Positions 40,238-55,200 of a stretch of 64,000 nt of DNA are shown piece by piece. The notes below the pieces were generated by a model that saw only the letters and a program-made list of their open reading frames with translations, had not been told where the DNA came from and ran no database searches. Source of the DNA: Auanema rhodensis (taxonomy: Eukaryota; Animalia; Nematoda); the NCBI GenBank assembly GCA_964057225.1, contig OZ059894.1, positions 3,162,001 through 3,226,000 of the forward strand, given 5' to 3'. The number at the start of each line of letters is the position of its first letter. The first letter of the stretch is position 1. The translations under genes and the position numbers were made by a program.

Positions 40238-43200
40238 CTAATGCATCATTTTTCAAACGATCATAACTAATTTTTGTATTAAGCGTTTTTAATGTAGTAT
40301 AGTGCATTCGATGCGGATTTTTAAGCTGCGTCGATCTGTGTTATCAGATTTGCGCTAGCTTAAAAATGCACCGAGATATCAACTGATATAAGTTCACACT
40401 TATATCCTCGATTTTCACCCTGAAGAATTAATTTTTTCGTTGAATAACATTGTCCATCGTCTTTGCATTGAAAAAAGGAATCTAAAAACATCTACTTTTT
40501 GCTAAATTATTTTGAAATTTTTCGAAAAAATTTTTGTCAAAATGTTTTTGGAAGCAATGTTGAGTGTACATGGAAACTCAACATACACTAATGCATCATT
40601 TTTCAAACGATCATAACTAATTTTTGTATTAAGCGTTTCTCAATGTAGTATAGTGCATTCGATGCGGATTTTCAAGCTGCGTCGATCTGTGTTATCAGAT
40701 TTGCGCTAGCTTAAAAATGCACCGAGATATCAACTGATATAAGTTTACACTTATATCCTCGATTTTCACCCCGAAGAATTAATTTTTTCGTTGAATAACA
40801 TTGTCCATCGTCTTTGCCTTGAAAAAAGGAATCTAAAAACATCTACTTTTCGCTAAATTATTTTGAAATTTTTCGAAAAAATTTTTGTCAAAATGTTTTT
40901 GGAAGCAATGTTGAGTGTACATGGAAACTCAACATACACTAATGCATCATTTTTCAAACAATCATAACTAATTTTTGTATTAAGCGTTTTTCAATGTAGT
41001 ATAGTGCATTCGATGCGGATTTTTAAGCTGCGTCGATCTGTGTTATCGGATTTGCGCTAGCTGAAAAATGCACCGAGATATCAACTGATATAAGTTCACA
41101 CTTATATCCTCGATTTTCACCCTGAAGAATTAATTTTTTCGTTGAATAACATTGTCCATCGTCTTTGCCTTGAAAAAAAGAATCTAAAAACATCTACTTT
41201 TCGCTAAATTATTTTGAAATTTTTCGAAAAAATTTTTGTCAAAATGTTTTTGGAAGCAATGTTGAGTGTACATGGAAACTCAACATACACTAATGCATCA
41301 TTTTTCAAACAATCATAACTAATTTTTGTATTAAGCGTTTTTCAATGTAGTATAGTGCATTCGATGCGGATTTTTAAGCTGCGTCGATCTGTGTTATCCG
41401 ATTTGCGCTAGCTGAAAAATGCACCGAGATATCAACTGATATAAGTTCACACTTATATCCTCGATTTTCACCCTGAAGAATTAATTTTTTCGTTGAATAA
41501 CATTGTCCATCGTCTTTGCCTTGAAAAAAAGAATCTAAAAACATCTACTTTTCGCTAAATTATTTTGAAATTTTTCGAAAAAATTTTTGTCAAAATGTTT
41601 TTGGAAGCAATGTTGAGTGTACATGGAAACTCAACATACACTAATGCATCATTTTTCAAACGATCATAACTAATTTTTGTATTAAGCGTTTTTCAATGTA
41701 GTATAGTGCATTCGATGCGGATTTTCAAGCTGCGTCGATCTGTGTTATCAGATTTGCGCTAGCTTAAAAATGCACCGATATATCAACTGATAAAAGTTCA
41801 CACTTATATCCTCGATTTTCACCCTGAAGAATTAATTTTTTCGATGAATAACATTGTCCATCGTCTTTGCCTTGAAAAAAGGAATCTAAAAACATCTACT
41901 TTTCGCTAAATTATTTTGAAATTTTTCGAAAAAATTTTTGTCAAAATGTTTTTGGAAGCAATGTTGAGTGTACATGGAAACTCAACATACACTAATGCAT
42001 CATTTTTCAAACAATCATAACTAATTTTTGTATTAAGCGTTTTTCAATGTAGTATAGTGCATTCGATGCGAATTTTCAAGCTGCGTCGATCTGTGTTATC
42101 AGATTTGCGCTAGCTTAAAAATGCACCGAGATATCAACTGATATAAGTTCACACTTATATCCTCGATTTTCACCCTGAAGAATTAATTTTTTCGTTGAAT
42201 AACATTGTCCATCGTCTTTGCCTTGAAAAAAGGAATCTAAAAACATCTACTTTTTGCTAAATTATTTTGAAATTTTTCGAAAAAATTTTTGTCAAAATGT
42301 TTTTGGAAGCAATGTTGAGTGTACATGGAAACTCAACATACACTAATGCATCATTTTTCAAACGATCATAACTAATTTTTGTATTAAGCGTTTCTCAATG
42401 TAGTATAGTGCATTCGATGCGAATTTTCAAGCTGCGTCGATCTGTGTTATCAGATTTGCGCTAGCTTAAAAATGCACCGAGATATCAACTGATATAAGTT
42501 CACACTTATATCCTCGATTTTCACCCTGAAGAATTAATTTTTTCGTTGAATAACATTGTCCATCGTCTTTGCCTTGAAAAAAGGAATCTAAAAACATCTA
42601 CTTTTTGCTAAATTATTTTGAAATTTTTCGAAAAAATTTTTGTCAAAATGTTTTTGGAAGCAATGTTGAGTGTACATGGAAACTCAACATACACTAATGC
42701 ATCATTTTTCAAACGATCATAACTAATTTTTGTATTAAGCGTTTTTCAATGTAGTATAGTGCATTCGATGCGGATTTTTAAGCTGCGTCGATCTGTGTTA
42801 TCAGATTTGCGCTAGCTTAAAAATGCACCGAGATATCAACTGATATAAGTTCACACTTATATCCTCGATTTTCACCCTGAAGAATTAATTTTTTCGTTGA
42901 ATAACATTGCCCATCGTCTTTGCATTGAAAAAAGGAATCTAAAAACATCTACTTTTTGCTAAATTATTTTGAAATTTTTCGAAAAAATTTTTGTCAAAAT
43001 GTTTTTGGAAGCAATGTTGAGTGTACATGGAAACTCAACATACACTAATGCATCATTTTTCAAACGATCATAACTAATTTTTGTATTAAGCGTTTCTTAA
43101 TGTAGTATAGTGCATTCGATGCGGATTTTCAAGCTGCGTCGATCTGTGTTATCAGATTTGCGCTAGCTTAAAAATGCACCGAGATATCAACTGATATAAG

Positions 43201-44097
43201 TTCACACTTATATCCTCGATTTTCACCCTGAAGAATTAATTTTTTCGTTGAATAACATTGTCCATCGCCTTTGCCTTGAAAAAAGGAATCTAAAAACATC
43301 TACTTTTCGCTAAATTATTTTGAAATTTTTCGAAAAAATTTTTGTCAAAATGTTTTTGGAAGCAATGTTGAGTGTACATGGAAACTCAACATACACTAAT
43401 GCATCATTTTTCAAACGATCATAACTAATTTTTGTATTAAGCGTTTTTCAATGTAGTATAGTGCATTCGATGCGGATTTTTAAGCTGCGTCGATCTGTGT
43501 TATCAGATTTGCGCTAGCTTAAAAATGCACCGAGATATCAACTGATATAAGTTCACACTTATATCCTCGATTTTCACCCTGAAGAATTAATTTTTTCGTT
43601 GAATAACATTGTCCATCGTCTTTGCATTGAAAAAAGGAATCTAAAAACATCTACTTTTTGCTAAATTATTTTGAAATTTTTCGAAAAAATTTTTGTCAAA
43701 ATGTTTTTGGAAGCAATGTTGAGTGTACATGGAAACTCAACATACACTAATGCATCATTTTTCAAACGATCATAACTAATTTTTGTATTAAGCGTTTCTC
43801 AATGTAGTATAGTGCATTCGATGCGGATTTTCAAGCTGCGTCGATCTGTGTTATCAGATTTGCGCTAGCTTAAAAATGCACCGAGATATCAACTGATATA
43901 AGTTCACACTTATATCCTCGATTTTCACCCTGAAGAATTAATTTTTTCGTTGAATAACATTGTCCATCGTCTTTGCCTTGAAAAAAGGAATCTAAAAACA
44001 TCTACTTTTCGCTAAATTATTTTGAAATTTTTCGAAAAAATTTTTGTCAAAATGTTTTTGGAAGCAATGTTGAGTGTACATGGAAACTCAACATACA

Positions 44098-44328
44098 CTA
44101 ATGCATCATTTTTCAAACGATCATAACTAATTTTTGTATTAAGCGTTTTTCAATGTAGTATAGTGCATTCGATGCGGATTTTTAAGCTGCGTCGATCTGT
44201 GTTATCAGATTTGCGCTAGCTTAAAAATGCACCGAGATATCAACTGATATAAGTTCACACTTATATCCTCGATTTTCACCCTGAAGAATTAAAAGCAATG
44301 TTGAGTGTACATGGAAACTCAACATACA
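44098..44328. repeat. Second truncated 231-bp monomer with the identical 120-bp deletion
   Basis: Junction GAAGAATTAA|AAGCAATG at 44292/44293. Confidence 0.97.
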
Positions 44329-45732
44329 CTAATGCATCATTTTTCAAACGATCATAACTAATTTTTGTATTAAGCGTTTCTCAATGTAGTATAGTGCATT
44401 CGATGCGGATTTTCAAGCTGCGTCGATCTGTGTTATCAGATTTGCGCTAGCTTAAAAATGCACCGAGATATCAACTGATATAAGTTCACACTTATATCCT
44501 CGATTTTCACCCTGAAGAATTAATTTTTTCGTTGAATAACATTATCCATCGTCTTTGCCTTGAAAAAAGAAATCTAAAAACATCTACTTTTTGCTAAATT
44601 ATTTTGAAATTTTTCGAAAAAATTTTTGTCAAAATGTTTTTGGAAGCAATGTTGAGTGTACATGGAAACTCAACATACACTAATGCATCATTTTTCAAAC
44701 GATCATAACTAATTTTTGTATTAAGCGTTTCTCAATGTAGTATAGTGCATTCGATGCGGATTTTTAAGCTGCGTCGATCTGTGTTATCAGATTTGCGCTA
44801 GCTTAAAAATGCACCGAGATATCAACTGATATAAGTTCACACTTATATCCTCGATTTTCACCCTGAAGAATTAATTTTTTCGTTGAATAACATTGTCCAT
44901 CGTCTTTGCATTGAAAAAAGGAATCTAAAAACATCTACTTTTTGCTAAATTATTTTGAAATTTTTCGAAAAAATTTTTGTCAAAATGTTTTTGGAAGCAA
45001 TGTTGAGTGTACATGGAAACTCAACATACACTAATGCATCATTTTTCAAACGATCATAACTAATTTTTGTATTAAGCGTTTCTCAATGTAGTATAGTGCA
45101 TTCGATGCGGATTTTCAAGCTGCGTCGATCTGTGTTATCAGATTTGCGCTAGCTTAAAAATGCACCGAGATATCAACTGATATAAGTTTACACTTATATC
45201 CTCGATTTTCACCCCGAAGAATTAATTTTTTCGTTGAATAACATTGTCCATCGTCTTTGCCTTGAAAAAAGGAATCTAAAAACATCTACTTTTTGCTAAA
45301 TTATTCTGAAATTTTTCGAAAAAATTTTTGTCAAAATGTTTTTGGAAGCAATGTTGAGTGTACATGGAAACTCAACATACACTAATGCATCATTTTTCAA
45401 ACGATCATAACTAATTTTTGTATTAAGCGTTTTTCAATGTAGTATAGTGCATTCGATGCGGATTTTTAAGCTGCGTCGAGCTGTGTTATCAGATTTGCGC
45501 TAGCTTAAAAATGCACCGAGATATCAACTGATATAAGTTCACACTTATATCCTCGATTTTCACCCTGAAGAATTAGTTTTTTCGTTGAATAACATTGTCC
45601 ATCGTCTTTGCCTTGAAAAAAGGAATCTAAAAACATCTACTTCTTCCTAAATTATTTTGAAATTTTTCGAAAAAATTTTTGTCAAAATGTTTTTGGAAGC
45701 AATGTTGAGTGTACATGGAAACTCAACATACA

Positions 45733-48700
45733 CTAATGCATCATTTTTCAAACGATCATAACTAATTTTTGTATTAAGCGTTTTTCAATGTAGTATAGTG
45801 CATTCGATGCGGATTTTTAAGCTGCATCGATCTGTGTTATCAGATTTGCGCTAGCTTAAAAATGCACCGAGATATCAACTGATATAAGTTCACACTTATA
45901 TCCTCGATTTTCACCCTGAAGAATTAATTTTTTCGTTGAATAACTATGTCCATCGTCTTTGCCTTGAAAAAAGGAATCTAAAAACATCTACTTTTTGCTA
46001 AATTATTTTGAAATTTTTCGAAAAAATTTTTGTCAAAATGTTTTTGGAAGTAATGTTGAGTGTACATGGAAACTCAACATACACTAATGCATCATTTTTC
46101 AAACGATCATAACTAATTTTTGTATAAAGCGTTTTTCAATGTAGTATAGTGCATTCGATGCGGATTTTTAAGCTGCATCGATCTGTGTTATCAGATTTGC
46201 GCTAGCTTAAAAATGCACCGAGATATCAACTGATATAAGTTCACACTTATATCCTCGATTTTCACCCCGAAGAATTAATTTTTTCGTTGAATAACATTGT
46301 CCATCGTCTTTGCCTTGAAAAAAGGAATCTAAAAACATCTACTTTCTGCTAAATTATTCTGAAATTTTTCGAAAAAATTTTTGTCAAAATGTTTTTGGAA
46401 GCAATGTTGAGTGTACATGGAAACTCAACATACACTAATGCATCATTTTTCAAACGATCATAACTAATTTTTGTATAAAGCGTTTTTCAATGTAGTATAG
46501 TGCATTCGATGCGGATTTTTAAGCTGCATCGATCTGTGTTATCAGATTTGCGCTAGCTTAAAAATGCACCGAGATATCAACTGATATAAGTTCACACTTA
46601 TATCCTCGATTTTCACCCCGAAGAATTACTTTTTTCGTTGAATAACATTGTCCATCGTCTTTGCCTTGAAAAAAGGAATCTAAAAACATCTACTTTCTGC
46701 TAAATTATTCTGAAATTTTTCGAAAAAATTTTTGTCAAAATGTTTTTGGAAGCAATGTTGAGTGTACATGGAAACTCAACATACACTAATGCATCATTTT
46801 TCAAACGATCATAACTAATTTTTGTATTAAGCGTTTTTCAATGTAGTATAGTGCATTCGATGCGGATTTTTGAGCTGCGTCGAGCTGTGTTATCAGATTT
46901 GCGCTAGCTTAAAAATGCACCGAGATATCAACTGATATAAGTTCACACTTATATCCTCGATTTTCACCCTGAAGAATTAGTTTTTTCGTTGAATAACATT
47001 GTCCATCGTCTTTGCCTTGAAAAAAGGAATCTAAAAACATCTACTTCTTCCTAAATTATTTTGAAATTTTTCGAAAAAATTTTTGTCAAAATGTTTTTGG
47101 AAGCAATGTTGAGTGTACATGGAAACTCAACATACACTAATGCATCATTTTTCAAACGATCATAACTAATTTTTGTATTAAGCGTTTTTCAATGTAGTAT
47201 AGTGCATTCGATGCGGATTTTTAAGCTGCATCGATCTGTGTTATCAGATTTGCGCTAGCTTAAAAATGCACCGAGATATCAACTGATATAAGTTCACACT
47301 TATATCCTCGATTTTCACCCTGAAGAATTAATTTTTTCGTTGAATAACTATGTCCATCGTCTTTGCCTTGAAAAAAGGAATCTAAAAACATCTACTTTTT
47401 GCTAAATTATTTTGAAATTTTTCGAAAAAATTTTTGTCAAAATGTTTTTGGAAGTAATGTTGAGTGTACATGGAAACTCAACATACACTAATGCATCATT
47501 TTTCAAACGATCATAACTAATTTTTGTATAAAGCGTTTTTCAATGTAGTATAGTGCATTCGATGCGGATTTTTAAGCTGCATCGATCTGTGTTATCAGAT
47601 TTGCGCTAGCTTAAAAATGCACCGAGATATCAACTGATATAAGTTCACACTTATATCCTCGATTTTCACCCCGAAGAATTAATTTTTTCGTTGAATAACA
47701 TTGTCCATCGTCTTTGCCTTGAAAAAAGGAATCTAAAAACATCTACTTTCTGCTAAATTATTCTGAAATTTTTCGAAAAAATTTTTGTCAAAATGTTTTT
47801 GGAAGCAATGTTGAGTGTACATGGAAACTCAACATACACTAATGCATCATTTTTCAAACGATCATAACTAATTTTTGTATAAAGCGTTTTTCAATGTAGT
47901 ATAGTGCATTCGATGCGGATTTTTAAGCTGCATCGATCTGTGTTATCAGATTTGCGCTAGCTTAAAAATGCACCGAGATATCAACTGATATAAGTTCACA
48001 CTTATATCCTCGATTTTCACCCCGAAGAATTACTTTTTTCGTTGAATAACATTGTCCATCGTCTTTGCCTTGAAAAAAGGAATCTAAAAACATCTACTTT
48101 CTGCTAAATTATTCTGAAATTTTTCGAAAAAATTTTTGTCAAAATGTTTTTGGAAGCAATGTTGAGTGTACATGGAAACTCAACATACACTAATGCATCA
48201 TTTTTCAAACGATCATAACTAATTTTTGTATTAAGCGTTTTTCAATGTAGTATAGTGCATTCGATGCGGATTTTTGAGCTGCGTCGAGCTGTGTTATCAG
48301 ATTTGCGCTAGCTTAAAAATGCACCGAGATATCAACTGATATAAGTTCACACTTATATCCTCGATTTTCACCCTGAAGAATTAGTTTTTTCGTTGAATAA
48401 CATTGTCCATCGTCTTTGCCTTGAAAAAAGGAATCTAAAAACATCTACTTCTTCCTAAATTATTTTGAAATTTTTCGAAAAAATTTTTGTCAAAATGTTT
48501 TTGGAAGCAATGTTGAGTGTACATGGAAACTCAACATACACTAATGCATCATTTTTCAAACGATCATAACTAATTTTTGTATTAAGCGTTTTTCAATGTA
48601 GTATAGTGCATTCGATGCGGATTTTTAAGCTGCATCGATCTGTGTTATCAGATTTGCGCTAGCTTAAAAATGCACCGAGATATCAACTGATATAAGTTCA

Positions 48701-49242
48701 CACTTATATCCTCGATTTTCACCCTGAAGAATTAATTTTTTCGTTGAATAACTATGTCCATCGTCTTTGCCTTGAAAAAAGGAATCTAAAAACATCTACT
48801 TTTTGCTAAATTATTTTGAAATTTTTCGAAAAAATTTTTGTCAAAATGTTTTTGGAAGTAATGTTGAGTGTACATGGAAACTCAACATACACTAATGCAT
48901 CATTTTTCAAACGATCATAACTAATTTTTGTATAAAGCGTTTTTCAATGTAGTATAGTGCATTCGATGCGGATTTTTAAGCTGCATCGATCTGTGTTATC
49001 AGATTTGCGCTAGCTTAAAAATGCACCGAGATATCAACTGATATAAGTTCACACTTATATCCTCGATTTTCACCCCGAAGAATTAATTTTTTCGTTGAAT
49101 AACATTGTCCATCGTCTTTGCCTTGAAAAAAGGAATCTAAAAACATCTACTTTCTGCTAAATTATCCTGAAATTTTTCGAAAAAATTTTTGTCAAAATGT
49201 TTTTGGAAGCAATGTTGAGTGTACATGGAAACTCAACATACA
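45733..49242. repeat. Local 4-monomer higher-order repeat (1,404 bp, ~2.5 copies)
   Basis: The ACTATG+AAGTAAT monomer recurs at 45733, 47137 and 48541. The TTTGAGCT marker recurs at 46786 and 48190, and TATAAAG+TTACTTT at 46435 and 47839. Confidence 0.88.
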
Positions 49243-52200
49243 CTAATGCATCATTTTTCAAACGATCATAACTAATTTTTGTATTAAGCGTTTTTCAATG
49301 TAGTATAGTGCATTCGATGCGGATTTTTAAGCTGCGTCGAGCTGTGTTATCAGATTTGCGCTAGCTTAAAAATGCACCGAGATATCAACTGATATAAGTT
49401 CACACTTATATCCTCGATTTTCACCCTGAAGAATTAATTTTTTCGTTGAATAACTATGTCCATCGTCTTTGCCTTGAAAAAAGGAATCTAAAAACATCTA
49501 CTTTTTGCTAAATTATTTTGAAATTTTTCGAAAAAATTTTTGTCAAAATGTTTTTGGAAGTAATGTTGAGTGTACATGGAAACTCAACATACACTAATGC
49601 ATCATTTTTCAAACGATCATAACTAATTTTTGTATAAAGCGTTTTTCAATGTAGTATAGTGCATTCGATGCGGATTTTTAAGCTGCATCGATCTGTGTTA
49701 TCAGATTTGCGCTAGCTTAAAAATGCACCGAGATATCAACTGATATAAGTTCACACTTATATCCTCGATTTTCACCCCGAAGAATTAATTTTTTCGTTGA
49801 ATAACATTGTCCATCGTCTTTGCCTTGAAAAAAGGAATCTAAAAACATCTACTTTCTGCTAAATTATTCTGAAATTTTTCGAAAAAATTTTTGTCAAAAT
49901 GTTTTTGGAAGCAATGTTGAGTGTACATGGAAACTCAACATACACTAATGCATCATTTTTCAAACGATCATAACTAATTTTTGTATTAAGCGTTTCTCAA
50001 TGTAGTATAGTGCATTCGATGCGGATTTTTAAGCTGCGTCGAGCTGTGTTATCAGATTTGCGCTAGCTTAAAAATGCACCGAGATATCAACTGATATAAG
50101 TTCACACTTATATCCTCGATTTTCACCCTGAAGAATTAGTTTTTTCGTTGAATAACATTGTCCATCGTCTTTGCCTTGAAAAAAGGAATCTAAAAACATC
50201 TACTTCTTGCTAAATTATTTTGAAATTTTTCGAAAAAATTTTTGTCAAAATGTTTTTGGAAGCAATGTTGAGTGTACATGGAAACTCAACATACACTAAT
50301 GCATCATTTTTCAAACGATCATAACTAATTTTTGTATTAAGCGTTTCTCAATGTAGTATAGTGCATTCGATGCGGATTTTCAAGCTGCGTCGATCTGTGT
50401 TATCAGATTTGCGCTAGCTTAAAAATGCACCGAGATATCAACTGATATAAGTTCACACTTATATCCTCGATTTTCACCCTGAAGAATTAGTTTTTTCGTT
50501 GAATAACATTGTCCATCGTCTTTGCCTTGAAAAAAGGAATCTAAAAACATCTACTTCTTCCTAAATTATTTTGAAATTTTTCGAAAAAATTTTTGTCAAA
50601 ATGTTTTTGGAAGCAATGTTGAGTGTACATGGAAACTCAACATACACTAATGCATCATTTTTCAAACGATCATAACTAATTTTTGTATTAAGCGTTTTTC
50701 AATGTAGTATAGTGCATTCGATGCGGATTTTTAAGCTGCATCGATCTGTGTTATCAGATTTGCGCTAGCTTAAAAATGCACCGAGATATTAACTGATATA
50801 AGTTCACACTTATATCCTCGATTTTCACCCTGAAGAATTAATTTTTTCGTTGAATAACTATGTCCATCGTCTTTGCCTTGAAAAAAGGAATCTAAAAACA
50901 TCTACTTTTTGCTAAATTATTTTGAAATTTTTCGAAAAAATTTTTGTCAAAATGTTTTTGGAAGCAATGTTGAGTGTACATGGAAACTCAACATACACTA
51001 ATGCATCATTTTTCAAACGATCATAACTAATTTTTGTATTAAGCGTTTCTCAATGTAGTATAGTGCATTCGATGCGGATTTTCAAGCTGCGTCGATCTGT
51101 GTTATCAGATTTGCGCTAGCTTAAAAATGCACCGAGATATCAACTGATATAAGTTTACACTTATATCCTCGATTTTCACCCCGAAGAATTAATTTTTTCG
51201 TTGAATAACATTGTCCATCGTCTTTGCCTTGAAAAAAGGAATCTAAAAACATCTACTTTTTGCTAAATTATTCTGAAATTTTTCGAAAAAATTTTTGTCA
51301 AAATGTTTTTGGAAGCAATGTTGAGTGTACATGGAAACTCAACATACACTAATGCATCATTTTTCAAACGATCATAACTAATTTTTGTATTAAGCGTTTT
51401 TCAATGTAGTATAGTGCATTCGATGCGGATTTTTAAGCTGCGTCGAGCTGTGTTATCAGATTTGCGCTAGCTTAAAAATGCACCGAGATATCAACTGATA
51501 TAAGTTCACACTTATATCCTCGATTTTCACCCTGAAGAATTAGTTTTTTCGTTGAATAACATTGTCCATCGTCTTTGCCTTGAAAAAAGGAATCTAAAAA
51601 CATCTACTTCTTCCTAAATTATTTTGAAATTTTTCGAAAAAATTTTTGTCAAAATGTTTTTGGAAGCAATGTTGAGTGTACATGGAAACTCAACATACAC
51701 TAATGCATCATTTTTCAAACGATCATAACTAATTTTTGTATTAAGCGTTTTTCAATGTAGTATAGTGCATTCGATGCGGATTTTTAAGCTGCATCGATCT
51801 GTGTTATCAGATTTGCGCTAGCTTAAAAATGCACCGAGATATCAACTGATATAAGTTCACACTTATATCCTCGATTTTCACCCTGAAGAATTAATTTTTT
51901 CGTTGAATAACTATGTCCATCGTCTTTGCCTTGAAAAAAGGAATCTAAAAACATCTACTTTCTGCTAAATTATTCTGAAATTTTTCGAAAAAATTTTTGT
52001 CAAAATGTTTTTGGAAGCAATGTTGAGTGTACATGGAAACTCAACATACACTAATGCATCATTTTTCAAACGATCATAACTAATTTTTGTATTAAGCGTT
52101 TTTCAATGTAGTATAGTGCATTCGATGCGGATTTTTAAGCTGCGTCGAGCTGTGTTATCAGATTTGCGCTAGCTTAAAAATGCACCGAGATATCAACTGA

Positions 52201-55200
52201 TATAAGTTCACACTTATATCCTCGATTTTCACCCTGAAGAATTAATTTTTTCGTTGAATAACTATGTCCATCGTCTTTGCCTTGAAAAAAGGAATCTAAA
52301 AACATCTACTTTTTGCTAAATTATTTTGAAATTTTTCGAAAAAATTTTTGTCAAAATGTTTTTGGAAGTAATGTTGAGTGTACATGGAAACTCAACATAC
52401 ACTAATGCATCATTTTTCAAACGATCATAACTAATTTTTGTATAAAGCGTTTTTCAATGTAGTATAGTGCATTCGATGCGGATTTTTAAGCTGCATCGAT
52501 CTGTGTTATCAGATTTGCGCTAGCTTAAAAATGCACCGAGATATCAACTGATATAAGTTCACACTTATATCCTCGATTTTCACCCCGAAGAATTAATTTT
52601 TTCGTTGAATAACATTGTCCATCGTCTTTGCCTTGAAAAAAGGAATCTAAAAACATCTACTTTCTGCTAAATTATTCTGAAATTTTTCGAAAAAATTTTT
52701 GTCAAAATGTTTTTGGAAGCAATGTTGAGTGTACATGGAAACTCAACATACACTAATGCATCATTTTTCAAACGATCATAACTAATTTTTGTATTAAGCG
52801 TTTCTCAATGTAGTATAGTGCATTCGATGCGGATTTTTAAGCTGCGTCGAGCTGTGTTATCAGATTTGCGCTAGCTTAAAAATGCACCGAGATATCAACT
52901 GATATAAGTTCACACTTATATCCTCGATTTTCACCCTGAAGAATTAGTTTTTTCATTGAATAACATTGTCCATCGTCTTTGCCTTGAAAAAAGGAATCTA
53001 AAAACATCTACTTCTTGCTAAATTATTTTGAAATTTTTCGAAAAAATTTTTGTCAAAATGTTTTTGGAAGCAATGTTGAGTGTACATGGAAACTCAACAT
53101 ACACTAATGCATCATTTTTCAAACGATCATAACTAATTTTTGTATTAAGCGTTTCTCAATGTAGTATAGTGCATTCGATGCGGATTTTCAAGCTGCGTCG
53201 ATCTGTGTTATCAGATTTGCGCTAGCTTAAAAATGCACCGAGATATCAACTGATATAAGTTTACACTTATATCCTCGATTTTCACCCCGAAGAATTAATT
53301 TTTTCGTTGAATAACATTGTCCATCGTCTTTGCCTTGAAAAAAGGAATCTAAAAACATCTACTTTTTGCTAAATTATTCTGAAATTTTTCGAAAAAATTT
53401 TTGTCAAAATGTTTTTGGAAGCAATGTTGAGTGTACATGGAAACTCAACATACACTAATGCATCATTTTTCAAACGATCATAACTAATTTTTGTATTAAG
53501 CGTTTTTCAATGTAGTATAGTGCATTCGATGCGGATTTTTAAGCTGCGTCGAGCTGTGTTATCAGATTTGCGCTAGCTTAAAAATGCACCGAGATATCAA
53601 CTGATATAAGTTCACACTTATATCCTCGATTTTCACCCTGAAGAATTAGTTTTTTCGTTGAATAACATTGTCCATCGTCTTTGCCTTGAAAAAAGGAATC
53701 TAAAAACATCTACTTCTTCCTAAATTATTTTGAAATTTTTCGAAAAAATTTTTGTCAAAATGTTTTTGGAAGCAATGTTGAGTGTACATGGAAACTCAAC
53801 ATACACTAATGCATCATTTTTCAAACGATCATAACTAATTTTTGTATTAAGCGTTTTTCAATGTAGTATAGTGCATTCGATGCGGATTTTTAAGCTGCAT
53901 CGATCTGTGTTATCAGATTTGCGCTCGCTTAAAAATGCACCGAGATATCAACTGATATAAGTTCACACTTATATCCTCGATTTTCACCCTGAAGAATTAA
54001 TTTTTTCGTTGAATAACATTGTCCATCGTCTTTGCCTTGAAAAATGGAATCTAAAAACATCTACTTCTTGCTAAATTATTTTGAAATTTTTCGAAAAAAT
54101 TTTTGTCAAAATGTTTTTGGAAGCAATGTTGAGTGTACATGGAAACTCAACATACACTAATGCATCATTTTTCAAACGATCATAACTAATTTTTGTATTA
54201 AGCGTTTCTCAATGTAGTATAGTGCATTCGATGCGGATTTTCAAGCTGCGTCGATCTGTGTTATCAGATTTGCGCTAGCTTAAAAATGCACCGAGATATC
54301 AACTGATATAAGTTCACACTTATATCCTCGATTTTCACCCTGAAGAATTAATTTTTTCGTTGAATAACATTGTCCATCGTCTTTGCCTTGAAAAAAGGAA
54401 TCTAAAAACATCTACTTTTTGCTAAATTATTTTGAAATTTTTCGAAAAAATTTTTGTCAAAATGTTTTTGGAAGCAATGTTGAGTGTACATGGAAACTCA
54501 ACATACACTAATGCATCATTTTTCAAACGATCATAACTAATTTTTGTATTAAGCGTTTTTCAATGTAGTATAGTGCACTCGATGCGGATTTTCAAGCTGC
54601 GTCGATCTGTGTTATCAGATTTACGCTAGCTTAAAAATGCACCGAGATATCAACTGATATAAGTTCACACTTATATCCTCGATTTTCACCCTGAAGAATT
54701 AATTTTTTCGTTGAATAACATTGTCCATCGTCTTTGCCTTGAAAAAAGGAATCTAAAAACATCTACTTTTTGCTAAATTATTTTGAAATTTTTCGAAAAA
54801 ATTTTTGTCAAAATGTTTTTGGAAGCAATGTTGAGTGTACATGGAAACTCAACATACACTAATGCATCATTTTTCAAACGATCATAACTAATTTTTGTAT
54901 TAAGCGTTTTTCAATGTAGTATAGTGCATTCGATGCGGATTTTTAAGCTGCGTCGATCTGTGTTATCCGATTTGCGCTAGCTGAAAAATGCACCGAGATA
55001 TCAACTGATATAAGTTCACACTTATATCCTCGATTTTCACCCTGAAGAATTAATTTTTTCGTTGAATAACATTGTCCATCGTCTTTGCCTTGAAAAAAGG
55101 AATCTAAAAACATCTACTTTTTGCTAAATTATTTTGAAATTTTTCGAAAAAATTTTTGTCAAAATGTTTTTGGAAGCAATGTTGAGTGTACATGGAAACT

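Noticed and set aside
40281-40295. Unique 1-bp deletion (GCGTTTTTAAT) in monomer 40238
   Set aside because: A singleton in a T homopolymer; it cannot be distinguished from sequencing or consensus error.
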